From Balanoglossus misakiensis (lineage: Eukaryota; Animalia; Hemichordata), in the NCBI GenBank assembly GCA_040954595.2, contig CM082576.2, positions 18,833,028 through 18,897,027 of the forward strand: a DNA stretch of 64,000 nt. Direction: 5' to 3'. Both the position numbers and the translations under genes were made by a program. How positions within the stretch are numbered: position 1 is the stretch's first letter; each line of letters starts with the position of its first letter. The notes beneath the pieces are model-generated. The model was not told where the DNA came from. It did no database searches and saw only the letters and a program-made list of their open reading frames with translations. Positions 11,845-26,000 of this stretch are shown in pieces.

Positions 11845-12700
11845 GGGACCTTATGAGATTGGTTGCATCTGTATGGATGTATGGGTGTATGTCCGTCCCC
11901 ATCAAAAACTTGAAAACCGCTGCGCGTACAACCTCGATATTTGTTGTGTAGATGCATACCGGGCTGTAGATGGGAGTTTGTTCAAACAAAGTTGTCATTG
12001 CCCAAAATATGTAAATTATCAGGGAAAAACCTAAATTTGGTCAAAACTCAGAAAATCAACAACCACTGGTCATAATGATTCTGTATGTTTTGAGCTAATA
12101 CTGTGAATTTTCCATTTTTTATGCATATTTTGTCTTTTTCCACATATTTGGTAATAAAACCTACTTTCTGGAATTAATCAGCCCACCGCTTTGAAATTTA
12201 GTATGGAGCTTCATATAGGTGATCTGAGATACTAAAGTTTTGTTTAAATTGCTGCAAAATTTGCATAATTATAATTTTGGAGCAATTTTTACATTTGTGA
12301 TCATTTTTTTCCTGTAAAACCGCTCGTAAGATCGCTTTGGAAATTTGCATGCATGTTCAAATCAACTTGAAGAATTCAATAGTATATTTTTGTGGTGATT
12401 TTAACCATTTTTGTTCAAAATTCATTCTCAGAACCCTCTACTCCATTGCTTTCAAATTTGATTTAAAGGTTCCTTCCTGAGTTGTCATGATAATTTACAA
12501 AACCAATGATGAAAGTGTCAATCTTTTGTGTGGGCAATATCTTGTATTTTGGGGGCATATTTTCCAATTTTGAAAAATTGTATTTCCCAGAAAGTGTAAG
12601 GCTGATTACTTTAAAATTTAAGTTAATAGGATTGGCTTATTTAGAATTATAATGGAATCAAATTATAGGTAATTCAAAACTTTTATATTTTGTAGGATAT
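11845..12700 (+). mobile_element. Old degenerate DINE-1/HINE-like element (second family); similar core repeats resume at ~15380-15860
   Basis: cttatgagattgg followed by a (gtat/gtcc)-type microsatellite, then recurring aaaaccgct..agat(c/t)gcttt(g/c)aaattt motifs. Termini not resolved. Confidence 0.45.
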
Positions 12701-15700
12701 TTTGTTTTATCATACATGCAACGCCCGTATTTGGCACTTTCTATTGTTCTCGTCCCGAAGATATTTTACGGTATTACACTGAGTGCAATATATCTTCACT
12801 CCGCGTCTCGAACTATTTTTGAGAACGCTCGGCACGACAGTTCGCTGCGCGTGCGAGCGACGTACGGGGCATAGGACGCTAGTGGAGAGCAGTGTTGTAA
12901 AATTCGGTTATTAGAAGCTATAATAATGTTTTCAAAGTTGGCTGTTTTGCCATGTTGAATGTATCATTTTTACTTCTTCGAAATTCTCAATGCAAAATAA
13001 TTGTTAACATGATAGTTTGAAAGAGAACGTAGACAATTTTATTTTGAATGCGGATGTGCCCATCGTAGTGAAAGCTGCCAACCCCCTTAAAATGATACTA
13101 CGGCCCACACGTCATACGTCACAACATGGCTACTGCCGTGATCCCAGGGCGCCTGTTCAAATTTGAAATTGTTTTTCTCGGCGCATTTTCGCAAATCGTA
13201 CTGTTTTATAGGTAGGCATGTATGATAAAGGGGTTATTACACGAATTTTGGTCGATAACGCGACGCATTCTCGTGATGTCCGTATTTTGATGAGTTGCAA
13301 AGCAACGAGTCAAAATACGGACCCCTAAATATACAACAAAACATTTTATCTCCGCGACCAGCTGTTCAATTTGGTGCATGGACAGTGTTGGACTCATGAT
13401 CTGTCTATGTTTAGAAAATTTGATCAAATTCATGATGACTTGGATTGAATTGAATCAATGTTTATTCGCTCTAGGAACACTTTATTGACTACAAACTTTT
13501 GTTTTGTTGTTTGTTGGATGGGTAAAATTTAAGACCTCTCGGCCAACGCGGAGCAGAGTTTAATTAGTTTGAAGTTGTGAAAATCGACGAAACAGAGCGA
13601 AAAAACGGCAATTTGCGCTGTCGGCACATTTCTTCTGCCTCGATTTATCGACACCAGGACCTCCCCCCCCAAAAAAAATATATCAATTATGGATCATCAA
13701 ATAACTAGACTGCATCGTCCATGAAATCAAACTCGACGACAAAAAAACTTCGCCGATTCCGAGGTAAACGCATCCCGACAGGATAAGAACTCCGCTATGT
13801 GACATCATCTGATTTCTCTGTAAACATTGGTTGGTCGTTACTTCGGGAACGGCACTTAATCTTCTCGGTTGGGCCTTTAATTTCCATGACCCCGGTCGAT
13901 TCGGCCAAGACGCAAACCGATTCTTCACTTTGCAGTTCAGTAAAGTTGGCGAACGGGATAGTCTGTTAATGGTGAATGCAGGCCTGTACGCAGTGCTAGC
14001 GAACGGGACAAATTGACATAATAAAAGCGAGTGTTGTCAGATTAGTGGGACTGTCATATCATGAACACAATACGGGAGGCGTGATAAGGGCATTATAAAG
14101 AGCGAGCGTGAAACTGACATGGAAACGATCGACAGTACGGTACAGCACAGTGGCTGTGGGTAGAGCGAGCATGTTGCTGTGCCGAACACATTTACCATGT
14201 TTGTTAAATACAAAACACACCGACTTGACCTGCGGCCGCAGCTGCAGCTTCCTAACGCGCCCTAATCCAAGCAGTTTACGATCTCGTGGATCGTGGTTGG
14301 ACTGACAAAATGACCCAGAAAGAGAACCACATTAGGAAGTATTATAGGTCTGTTTCCTCAAAGTCCAATAAGTGCAAAACTTAACGCACATCAAAATGTT
14401 GCCCAGACAACGGTAGTTAGCAGTTTGCTTGCTCGGTTTGAAATGCGCGGCTGTGGTAGAAAATTACCCCCTGTTCTTTGGGACGTGAGCCACCCCCCTG
14501 AGACAATGGTGCACTCACACTCGAGAACATAGGTTTGCTATTTGCATATACAAATGGAATATTCCTTCGAATGCGAGCATGTTCCAGTGCGTTCTAAAAT
14601 AATAAAATATGCAGCTATAGCATGTATGCATATTCATTGGTGTGTCGTAATGCTAACTTTGGTCTGTGATTGGGTAACAAGTCCCACTCTCCATAACAAC
14701 AGGTGATCATTGACCCGTTTCCGGTGTGTGACGTCGGGTTTCAATCACTTTCCTTCTTACTGCCGCGGGATCAAGACGTCTTTTCGGTAGGCTCATAATC
14801 CAGTCATTGCTTTTAGTACCATAGCCAATATAGCTACGTTACCGTCGCTCGATTGTTTTGTCTGGTATTAGGTGATTTGCAGCTATCCGTTCAACACCTT
14901 GTAGTTGAACAGAAGTAGGTCTTATTCCAGAAAAAAATCCGAGCTACGGGCGTGCAGCTAGCCATGCCTCTCGGCCATTCTGTGTATGGCTTCGCTGCTG
15001 ACCCTGAGGTCATAATCGAGAAAGTCTAGTCATATTCATAGGGCTATACTCTGTGAGAATTTTATTGCTAGGCCTCTTGCCTAAGCGCACGTAGAGCCAG
15101 TGTTTGCATTTTTTTTAATTTTACGGTTTAAACGTGTATTTTCGCTTTTCTGTTTGTTTTTTCGTAACATTTTACTGTTTACATGTTGTTGGCGTATTTT
15201 CGTTTTTCTGGTGTGATTTCCACCTCACTGTTGGCATACTTAAACAATTATCCTAATTTTTATTGGGCAAACCGATAAAACCAGAACCACCACAAGTAAA
15301 GAAAATTGTAATCTGTTTGGTGATAACCCTTTTAGCTTTGAAAGATAACCGATTTGATGTTTTAGTAAAACCAAATTTTTGACCAGGGTGACAAGCATTT
15401 TTTTCTCCAAGAGTCGTGTTGCCTTGAAGCATACATTTGGATATATGGTCCCATTTGATGAAAACCTGGTTGATGAAAAATGTGCATATTTATAATTTTG
15501 TAGAATTTTTTGTCTTTTTTGGTCAAAAATTGTTTTATCTAAAACTGCTTGTCAGATTGCTTTCAAATTTTGCAGGGTTGTTCCTTGGGAATAATTAAGT
15601 GAGATGTTTTAGAAAAATACTTGAAATTTGCATATTTGCGTTTTGTGTGTGATAGTTTTGGAATTTTTCATTAAAAATTATTTTCTTTCAAACTGATTGT

Positions 15701-16535
15701 CAGATTGCCTTGAGCTTTGGTAGGCATGTTCCCTGAAGCGATTGACGTAAGATATTGTACAATTTTGGTGAAAATACTGATTTTTCTGAAACTGCATATG
15801 GGATTGCTTTGAAATTTGATAGGATTATTGCAATGGGTAACCCAAGTTTTGTCTGATTGTGTTGATTTCCCTATACTGAGACTCGCCAAGTACACTATAT
15901 GTTTATATTACTAGAGAGTTCAGAATCCAATATGGCCCCCATACGAACTGGGACATACTGTGTAATCAGATTATTTTCTAAACTTGTCATATTTTAATTT
16001 CTCGATCTCACAAATAAAAATGAAATGCCAAAAACTGAGTAACTTTCGTTTCTTCCCGCTTGGTGTCCATTAAAGTCTTTTTCCTCCCACTGGGAAAGTG
16101 GCTAGAGTCAATATGTGCATAATGGCAGCATTATATGGCACTGAATAAATGGCAGGGGTGTTTACATCTCCTAATTTGTTTTCACTTAAACCATTATAAA
16201 TATCTAACAGTATATGATCATATTGTGTATGCAACTCGGAGATGTGTTTCACTTCAGGGTTGGAAGTTTGTTTAGTCAAGTCTGGGAAGTGACATGTCTT
16301 CAAAGTGACTGATGTTATCTGCTTAGAGCTGAATGCCCATTGGTGTTCTTTCCTAGGAATACATTTTCTTTGCATTTCATAGACCTGTGTATAATTATAA
16401 TTTCAGTTATATATTCTAATTTGCGTTTAGGTAGAGTATGCATGGAATTAAAATAATTATTCTGTAATTACCCAACAAAAATGTTTGTCTTACAATTGTC
16501 TAGCAAGTGGATATTTTGATTGTTAATTTGCACAG

Positions 16536-16819
16536 GCAACGTTATGGAAGTAGCATAAAGAGTATTCAATAATATAGCAGACCTTCTAGCCAGAAAGAAG
16601 AGCTTAGAAGATTTATCAGCTCATAATATTCCTTTAACCAATGAACTTTATATGAACTTGCACACCTGCCTTCAAGATACAGGGATTAATGTTCAGGAAA
16701 CCTTACCAGCTCTAGTACATTTATTTCAGCCAGAAATTGAATTACCAGATAAAAAAATCAGTAATTTTACAAAGATACAGTCAGAAAATAAATGGAGAAA
16801 GCCAGCAAGGAAGGCATAA
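16536..16819 (+). pseudogene. Possible decayed terminal exon, unidentified protein
   Basis: Acceptor tttgcacAG; 93-codon frame with a single stop (16556): NVMEVA*RVFNNIADLLARKKSLEDLSAHNIPLTNELYMNLHTCLQD...KWRKPARKA*. Confidence 0.3.
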
Positions 16820-17722
16820 AAGTGGAATACATGAAAGACACAGTTAGCTTAAACTACATGTGTATGCAGTAAAAACTGTATGGTGCAAGGACGTTCATTT
16901 TTATGATTTATAGCCAGCCAGTCTTTCCATGCATATCATACCAAAATTAATATGAAAATTGTGTAAATGTTAATAGACTACAAGGAAAGTACAAATACAT
17001 GTAGAAATTACACTATCCAACTTTCTCCACTTTTGATATCTGCTCAACACAGGCAAGCAAAAGGGCCGATCTGAGAGTTTGACTTGAATGATGGCAATTT
17101 TTGCTGTCCAGAAGTAACTGTATAAAATATTTTTTGGTAGTAGTATTATTGCTCAAAATACACAAGAATTTAAATATCTCCGCTCGCTACAGTGATTGAA
17201 CTGATTTTCAGCAAATTGCAGTGTATAAATAAACATTGCCATCTAATGAAATATCAATCCAATATGGCCGCCCATTTGCAATGGTAAAATGCTAGGTTTT
17301 TCCTTTTTTGAGCGCCTGGGAATTTAAATTATAATCCAGATATCAAACACTTAAGTCACTATCTGTATCTGCACATATATTGTAATATATTCTGAAAATT
17401 TCGTTACAATTAGATCAACTATGATTGAGACACGGAACATCAAACATTGCAAAATTTCATATTTCCCATGGTGCCATGCAAAAAATAGAGAGATTTTCTT
17501 TACAAGTTTAGATGATCTCCTGTAAAACTGAAAGAAGTATTCTTCTGTGAATCGTGCATAATTTTTTGAAAAATGTTGAAGGTACTTGAGAATATCAGTA
17601 TTTTTTTATGCTTTTGTACCTTGAAAACTGGTGAACCGATTTTGATAATTTTCTTTATTATAACCTACAAAGACCTATAAACATTTTTTATCAGTAAAAT
17701 AAACAGCCTTATATAATTTTAC

Positions 17723-18136
17723 TGGTCCAGCTGTTACAGAGACCACTGGCTATTTTATTATAAACTGGTGGTAGGTCAGTGAATGCCTCTGTCTGATTGG
17801 ACTAATTAGCTTGTCATACTCGCATGTATTTTTAAAGACAGTTTTTGGACAACAATCAGCTGTGGTCCAGCTGTTACAGAGACCTCCGGCTATTTATTAT
17901 AAACTGGTGGTAGGTCAGTAAATGCCTCTGTCTGATTGGACTAATTAGCTTGTCATACTCGCATGTATTTTACAGACAGTTTTTGGACAAAAATCAGTTG
18001 TGGTCCAGCTGTTACAGAGACCACCGGTTATTTTATTATAAACTGGTGGTAGGTCAGTGAATGCCTCTGTCTGATTGGACTAATTAGCTTGTCATACTCG
18101 CATGTATTTTACAGACAGTTTTTGGACAAAAATCTG
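17723..18136. repeat. Tandem repeat, ~139-bp unit x3
   Basis: tggtccagctgttacagagacc starts at 17723, 17863 and 18001. Confidence 0.95.
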
Positions 18137-18344
18137 TTTTTTTAGTGCTGCTTGTAGGATTGCAGTGACACATAACACTTGATTGGGCATAGTGAATTTT
18201 TTTATGTTTCCATAGTATTTGAATATTTTTGCCATATATGCTTGCCAATGTCGCCCGTGATTTTAATTCTGGCGAATACCTAAAATCTGTGTAATCCCCA
18301 AATGGCACAACAGTATCCTATATGCTATGTTTTAAGAAGTTAAT

Positions 18345-20078
18345 TATACATAGATATGCATCTTGTTAAAATGCACAACAGTCACGATTTTGTTCACACG
18401 AGTTTGATTGCTGCCAGGACATAACCCAAATATTTTGATAATTTTGGCAATGACCTTTGAACTACTATCCCATGCTTTGGCATGTACAGCAGATACAGCC
18501 TTCAAATTTGGAGGACTGGAACACCTAATGAAGTACATGTATTAACTTTAACACAATAATTATGTACATAAGCTCTTTAAAGTTACCCAATAGATCTTAG
18601 AAGTCTGGTTTTTGCTGGACACTGATTAGTTTGATATCAAAATTTGTTGGCCCAACTTTGCGTGAACTCTGGCTTACTTACCATTTCTCAGCACCCATAA
18701 CAAATACAGCCTTTGCTTTCTGTTGGAACCATGCTAACCACTTTGGCTCCTCCAATGCTGCTTATAGTTGGGTCTTCTTCATGGCAGCCATATTTGATTT
18801 TTGGATAACCTTTAAAAGTTGACATTTTTTTCAAAAATTACAAGGCCAATCAAGTTCTAATTTACAGTCCGTTCCAATTTTTTTCAATAATATTGTTAGT
18901 GGTCATGCGAATTTGGATTCATTATGGATTTTTGAAAAATCTCATGAAAAATTTCCAAAGTCTTTTTTTAATCAAGCTTTCAAGTGAATTGTGATTGCTT
19001 TAACCTTATTCGAGCCAAATTGTATTTTCTGAACACCGATGAAAAACAAAGATTTCCTATTTCTAGCCTACTCATTGATAGCACACAAATTAATTTTATT
19101 GATACGAGTCACCATATGACTAGAATACGTTACATTTTTGGCAACTTTCACATGTTCTTTGATCCAGTTGTTTTTCAGAATTTGATTAAACAATTTATTG
19201 GCCACTCTCACATGTCCTTTGATCCAGTAATTCTAGAACTTAATTTTATGTGGATATGCCTCTTGTTAAAAAGCACAACAGTCATGATTTTGTTCACATG
19301 AGAACTATTGCTGCCAGGACATAACCCAACTATTTTTATAATTCTGGCAATGATCTACTTTCCCATAACTTGCCATGCACAGCAGATACAGCTTTCAAAT
19401 TTAGGGGACTGGAACATCTAATGAAGTATTAATCTTTAACACAATACTTATGTACGTATCCTATTTAAAGTTAACCAATAGAGCTTAGAACTTTGGTTCT
19501 TGTTGAACACTGATCAGTTTGATATCAGATTTTGTTGGCACAATTTTGCGTGACCTCTGGCTTACTTACCATTTCTAGCCATCCAAAAAAGATACAGAGC
19601 TTGCTTTCTGTTGGAACCATGTTAACTGCTTTGGCACCTGTAATGCTGCATGTTCCTTTAATTGTCTTCTTCATGGTGGCTATATTGAATTTTCTGATAA
19701 CCTCTAAAAGTTGACATTTTTTTCAAAACTACAGGGCCAATCAAGTTCTAATTTACTGTCCCTTCCAATTTTTTTCAATAATATTGTTAGTGGTCATGCG
19801 AATTTGGATTCATTATGGATTTTTGAAAAATGTCATGAAAAATTTCCAAAGTCTTTTTTTAATCAAGCTTTCAAGTGTATTGTGATTGCTTTAACATTAT
19901 TCGAGCCAAATTGGATTTTCTGAACTCTGATTAAAAACGAAGATTTCCTATTTCTAGCCTACTCATTGAAAGCACGCAAATTCATTTTATTGATATGAGT
20001 CACCATATGAATAGAATACTTTACATTTTTTGGCAAATTTCACATGTCCTTTGATTCAGATTTGTTAGAACTGAATTG
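18345..20078 (+). repeat. Head-to-tail ~0.85-0.9-kb units derived from the Helentron-like element (left flank of satellite 1)
   Basis: 18353-19250 is repeated at 19253-20080. Each unit has one 116-bp-type monomer, the agcagatacag...ggaaccatg...gctgc 3'-end motif, and a junction into tcttcttcatgg(c/t)(a/g)gc(c/t)atat. Confidence 0.85.
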
Positions 20079-23000
20079 TACTTGGATATGTCTCTCGTTA
20101 AAAAGCACAACAGTCATGATTGTGTTCACTTGAGTTTTGTCGCTGCCAGGACATAACCGAAATACTTTGATAATTTTGGCAATGACCCTTGATCTACTTG
20201 GATATGTCTCATGTTAAAAAGCACAACAGTCTTGATTTTGTTCACACGAGTTTTATCGCTGCCAGGACATAACCAAAATATTTTGATAATTTTGGCAATG
20301 ACCCTTGATCTACTTGGATATGTCTCTTGTTAAAAAGCACAACAGTCTTGATTTTGTTCACATGAGTTTTATCGCTGCCAGGACATAACAAAAATATTTT
20401 GATAATTTTGGCAATGACTCTTGATCTACTTGGATATGTCTCTTGTTAAAAAGCACAACAGTCTTGATTTTGTTCACATGAGTTTTATCACTGCCAGGAC
20501 ATAACCCAAATATATTGATAATTTTGGCAATGACCCTTGATCTACTTGGATATGTCTCTTGTTAAAATACACAACAGTCTTGATTTTGTTCACATGAGTT
20601 TTATCGCTGCCAGGACATAACCCAAATATTTTGATAATTTTGGCAATGACCCTTGATCTACTTGGATATGTCTCTTGTTAAAAAGCACAACAGTCATGAT
20701 TGTGTTCACACGAGTTTTATTGCTGCAAGGACATAACCCAAATATTTTGTTAAGTTTGGCAATGACCCTTGATCTTCTTGGATATGTCTCTTGTTAAAAA
20801 GCACAACTGTCATGATTTTGTTCACATGAGTTTTATTGCTGCCAGGACATAACCCAAATATTTTGATAATTTTGGCAATGACCCTTGATCTACTTGGATA
20901 TGTCTCTTGTTAAAAAGCACAACAGTCAGGATTTTGTTCACATGAGTTTTATCACTGCCAGGACATAACCCAAATATATTGATAATTTTGGCAATGACCC
21001 TTGATCTACTTGGATATGTCTCTTGTTAAAATACACAACAGTCTTGATTTTGTTCACATGAGTTTTATCGCTGCCAGGACATAACCCAAATATTTTGATA
21101 ATTTTGGCAATGACCCTTGATCTACTTGGATATGTCTCTTGTTAAAAAGCACAACAGTCATGATTGTGTTAACACGAGGTTTATTGCTGCCAGGACATAA
21201 CCCAAATATTTTGATAATTTTGGCAATGACCCTTGATCTTCTTGGATATGTCTCTTGTTAAAAAGCACAACAGTCATGATTTTGTTCACATGAGTTTTAT
21301 TGCTGCCAGGACATAACCCAAATATTTTGATAATTTTGGTAATGACCCTTGATCTTCTTGGATATGTCTCTTGTTAAAAAGCACAACAGTCATGATTGTG
21401 TTCACACGAGTTTTATTGCTGCCAGGACATAACCCAAATATTTTGATAATTTTGGCAATGACCCTTGATCTACTTGGATATGTCTCTTGTTAAAAAGCAC
21501 AACAGTCAGGATTTTGTTCACATGAGTTTTATCACTGCCAGGACATAACCCAAATATATTGATAATTTTGGCAATGACCCTTGATCTAATTGGATATGTC
21601 TCTTGTTAAAAAGCACAACAGTCAGGATTTTGTTCACATGAGTACTATTGCTGGCAGGACATAACCAAACTATTTTGATAATTTTGGCAATAACTCTTCA
21701 TCTACTTGGATATGTCTCTTGTTAAAATGCACAACATACATGATTTTGTTCACATGAATTCTATTGCTGTCAGGACATAACCCGAATATTTTGATAATTA
21801 TGGCAATGACCCTTGAACTACTTGGATATGTCTCTTGATAAACAGCCCAACAGTCATGATTGTGTTCACACGAGTTTTATTGCTGCCAGGACATAACCCA
21901 AATATTTTTATAATTTTGGCCATGACCCTTGATCTACTTGGATATGTCTCTTGTTAAAAAGCACAACAGTCAGGATATTGTTCACATGAGTTTTATCACT
22001 GCCAGGACATAACCCAAATATATTGATAATTTTGGCAATGACCCTTGATCTACTTGGATATGTCTCTTGTTATAATACACAACAGTCTTGATTGTGTTCA
22101 CATGAGTACTATTGCTGGCAGGACATAACCAAACTATTTTGATAATTTTGGCAATGACTCTTCATCTACTTGGATATGTCTCTTTTTAAAATGCACAACA
22201 TACATGATTTTATTCACATGAATTCTATTGCTGTCAGGACATAACCCAAATATTTTGATAATTATGGCAATGACCCTTGAACTACTTGGATATGTCTCTT
22301 GATAAACAGCCCAACAGTCATGATTGTGTTCACACGAGTTTTATTGCTGCCAGGACATAACCCAAATATTTTGATAATTTTGGCAATGACCCTTGATCGA
22401 CTTGGATATGTCTCTTGTTAAAAAGCACAACAGTCATGATTTTGTTTACGTGACTACTATTGCTGCCAGGACTTAACCCAAATGTTTTGATAATTTTGGC
22501 AATGACCCTTGATCTACTTAGATATGTCTCTTGATAAAAAGCACAACAGTCATGATTGTGTTCACACGAGTTTTATTGCTGCCAGGACATAACCCAAATA
22601 TTTTTATAATTTTGGCCATGACCCTTGATCTACTAGGATATGTCTCTTGTTAAAAAGCACAACAGTCATGATTTTGTTTACGTGACTACTATTGCTGCCA
22701 GGACTTAACCCAAATATTTTGATAATTTTGGCAATGACCCTTGATCTACTTGGATATGTCTCTTGATAAAAAGCACAACAGTCATGATTGTGTTCACATG
22801 AGTTTTATTGCTGCCAGGACATAACCCAAATATTTTGATAATTTTGGTAATGACCCTTGATCTTCTTGGATATGTCTCTTGTTAAAAAGCACATCAGTCA
22901 TGATTTTGTTAACATGAATTTTATTGCTGCCAGGACATATACCAAATATTTTGATAATTTTGGCAATGACTCTTGATCTACTTGGATATGTCTCTTGTTA

Positions 23001-26000
23001 AAAAGCACAACAGTCATGATTGTGTTCACACAAGTTTTATTGCTGCCAGGACATAACCCAAATATTTTTATAATTTTGGCCATGACCCTTGATCTACTTG
23101 GATATGTCTCTTGTTAAAAAGCACAACAGTCATGATTTTGTTTACGTGACTACTATTGCTGCCAGGACTTAACCCAAATATTTTGATAATCTTGGCAATG
23201 ACCCTTGTTCTACTTGGATATGTCTCTTGATAAAAAGCACAACAGTCATGATTGTGTTCACACAAGTTTTATTGATGCCAGGACATAACCCAAATATTTT
23301 GATAATTTTGGCCATGACCCTTGATCTACTTGGATATGTCTCTTGTTAAAAGTACAACAGTCATGATTTTGTTTACGTGACTACTATTGCTGCCAGGACT
23401 TAACCCAAATATTTTGATAATTTTGGCAATGACCCTTGATCTACTTGGATATGTCTCTTGTTAAAAAGCACAACAGTCATGATTGTGCTCACATGAGTTT
23501 TATTCCTGCCAGGACATATACCAAATATTTTGATAATTTTGGCAATGACTCTTGATCTACTTGGATATGTCTCTTGTTAAAAAGCACAACAGTCATTATT
23601 TTGTTCACATGAGTTTTATTGCTGCCAGGACATAACCCAAATATTTTGATAATTATGGCAATGACCCTTGATCTTCTTGGATATGTCTCTTGTTAAAGAG
23701 CACAACAGTCATGATTGTGTTCACACGAGTTTTATTGCTGTCAGGACATAACCCAAATATTTTGATAATTTTGGCAATGACCCTTGATCTACTTGGATAT
23801 GTCTCTTGTTAAAAAGCACATCAGTCATGATTTTGTTAACATGAGTTTTATTGCTGCCAGGACATACACCAAATATTTTGATAATTTTGGCAATGACTCT
23901 TGATCTACTTGGATATGTCTCTTGTTAAAAAGCACAACAGTCATTATTTTGTTCACATGAGTTTTATTGCTGCCAGGACATAACCTAAATATTTTGATAA
24001 TTATGGCAATGACCCTTGAACTACTTGGATATGTCTCTTGATAAAAAGCCCAACAGTCATTATTTTGTTCACACGAGTTTTATTGCTGCCATGACATAAC
24101 CCAAATATTTTGATAATTTTGGCAATGACCCTTGAACTACTTGGATATGTCTCTTGTTAAAAAGCACAACAGTCATTATTTTGTTCACATGAGTTTTACT
24201 GCTGCCAGGACATAACACAAATATTTTGATAATTTTGGCAATGACCCTTGATCTACTTGGATATGTCTCTTGTTAAAAAGCACAACAAGTCATTATTGTG
24301 TTCAAATGAGTTTTATTGCTGCCAGGACATAACCAAAATATTTTGATAATTTTGGCAATGACCCTTGATCTACTTGGATATGTCTCTTGTTAAAAAGCAC
24401 AACAGTCATGATTTTGTTTACGTGACTACTATTGCTGCCAGGACATAACCCAAATATTTTGATAATTTTGGCAATGACCCTTGATCTACTTGGATATGTC
24501 TCTTGTTAAAAAGCACAACAGTCATGATTGTGTTCACACGAGTTTTATTGCTGCCAGGACATAACCCAAATATTTTGATAATTTTGGCAATGACCCTTGA
24601 TCTACTTGGATATGTCTCTTGTTAAAAAGCACAACAGTCATGATTGTGTTCACATGAGTTTTATTGCTGCCAGGACATAACCCAAATATTTTGATAATTT
24701 TGGTAATGACCCTTGATCTTCTTGGATATGTCTCTTGTTAAAAAGCACAACAGTCATGATTGTGTTCACACGAGTTTGATTGCTGCCAGGACATAACCCA
24801 AATATTTTGATAATTTTGGCAATGACCCTTGATCTACTTGGATATGTCTCTTGTTAAAAAGCACATCAGTCATGATTTTGTTAACATGAATTTTATTGCT
24901 GCCAGGACATATACCAAATATTTTGATAATTTTGGCAATGACTCTTGATCTACATGAGTTTTATTGCTGACATGCCATAACCCAAATATTTTGATAATTT
25001 TGGCAATGACCCTTGATCTACTTGGATATGTCTCTTGTTAAAAAGCACAACAGTCATGATTGTGTTCACACAAGTTTTATTGCTGCCAGGACATAACCCA
25101 AATATTTTTTATAATTTTGGCCATGACCCTTGATCTACTTCGATATGTCTCTTGTTAAAAAGCACAACAGTCATGATTTTGTTTACGTGACTACTATTGC
25201 TGCCAGGACTTAACCCAAATATTTTGATAATCTTGGCAATGACCCTTGATCTACTTGGATATGTCTCTTGATAAAAAGCACAACAGTCATGATTGTGTTC
25301 ACACGAGTTTTATTGCTGCCAGGACATAACCCAAATATTTTGATAATTTTGGCCATGACCCTTGATCTACTTGGATATGTCTCTTGTTAAAAAGCACAAC
25401 AGTCATGATTTTGTTTACGTGACTACTATTGCTGCCAGGACTTAACCCAAATATTTTGATAATTTTGGCAATGACCCTTGATCTACTTGGATATGTCTCT
25501 TGATAAAAAGCACAACAGTCATGATTGTGCTCACATGCGTTTTATTGCTGCCAGGACATATACCAAATATTTTGATAATTTTGGCAATGACTCTTGATCT
25601 ACTTGGATATGTCTCTTGTTAAAAAGCACAACAGTCATTATTTTGTTCACATGAGTTTTATTGCTGCCAGGACATAACCCAAATATTTTTATAATTATGG
25701 CAATGACCCGTGATCTTCTTTGATATGTCTCTTGTTAAAGAGCACAACAGTCATGATTGTGTTCACACGAGTTTTATTGCTGTCAGGACATAACCCAAAT
25801 ATTTTGATAATTTTGGCAATGACCCTTGATCTACTTGGATACGTCTCTTGTTAAAAAGCACATCAGTCTTGATTTTGTTAACATGAGTTTTATTGCTGCC
25901 AGGACATACACCAAATATTTTGATAATTTTGGCAATGACTCTTGATCTACTTGGATATGTCTCTTGTTAAAAAGCACAACAGTCATTATTTTGTTCACAT

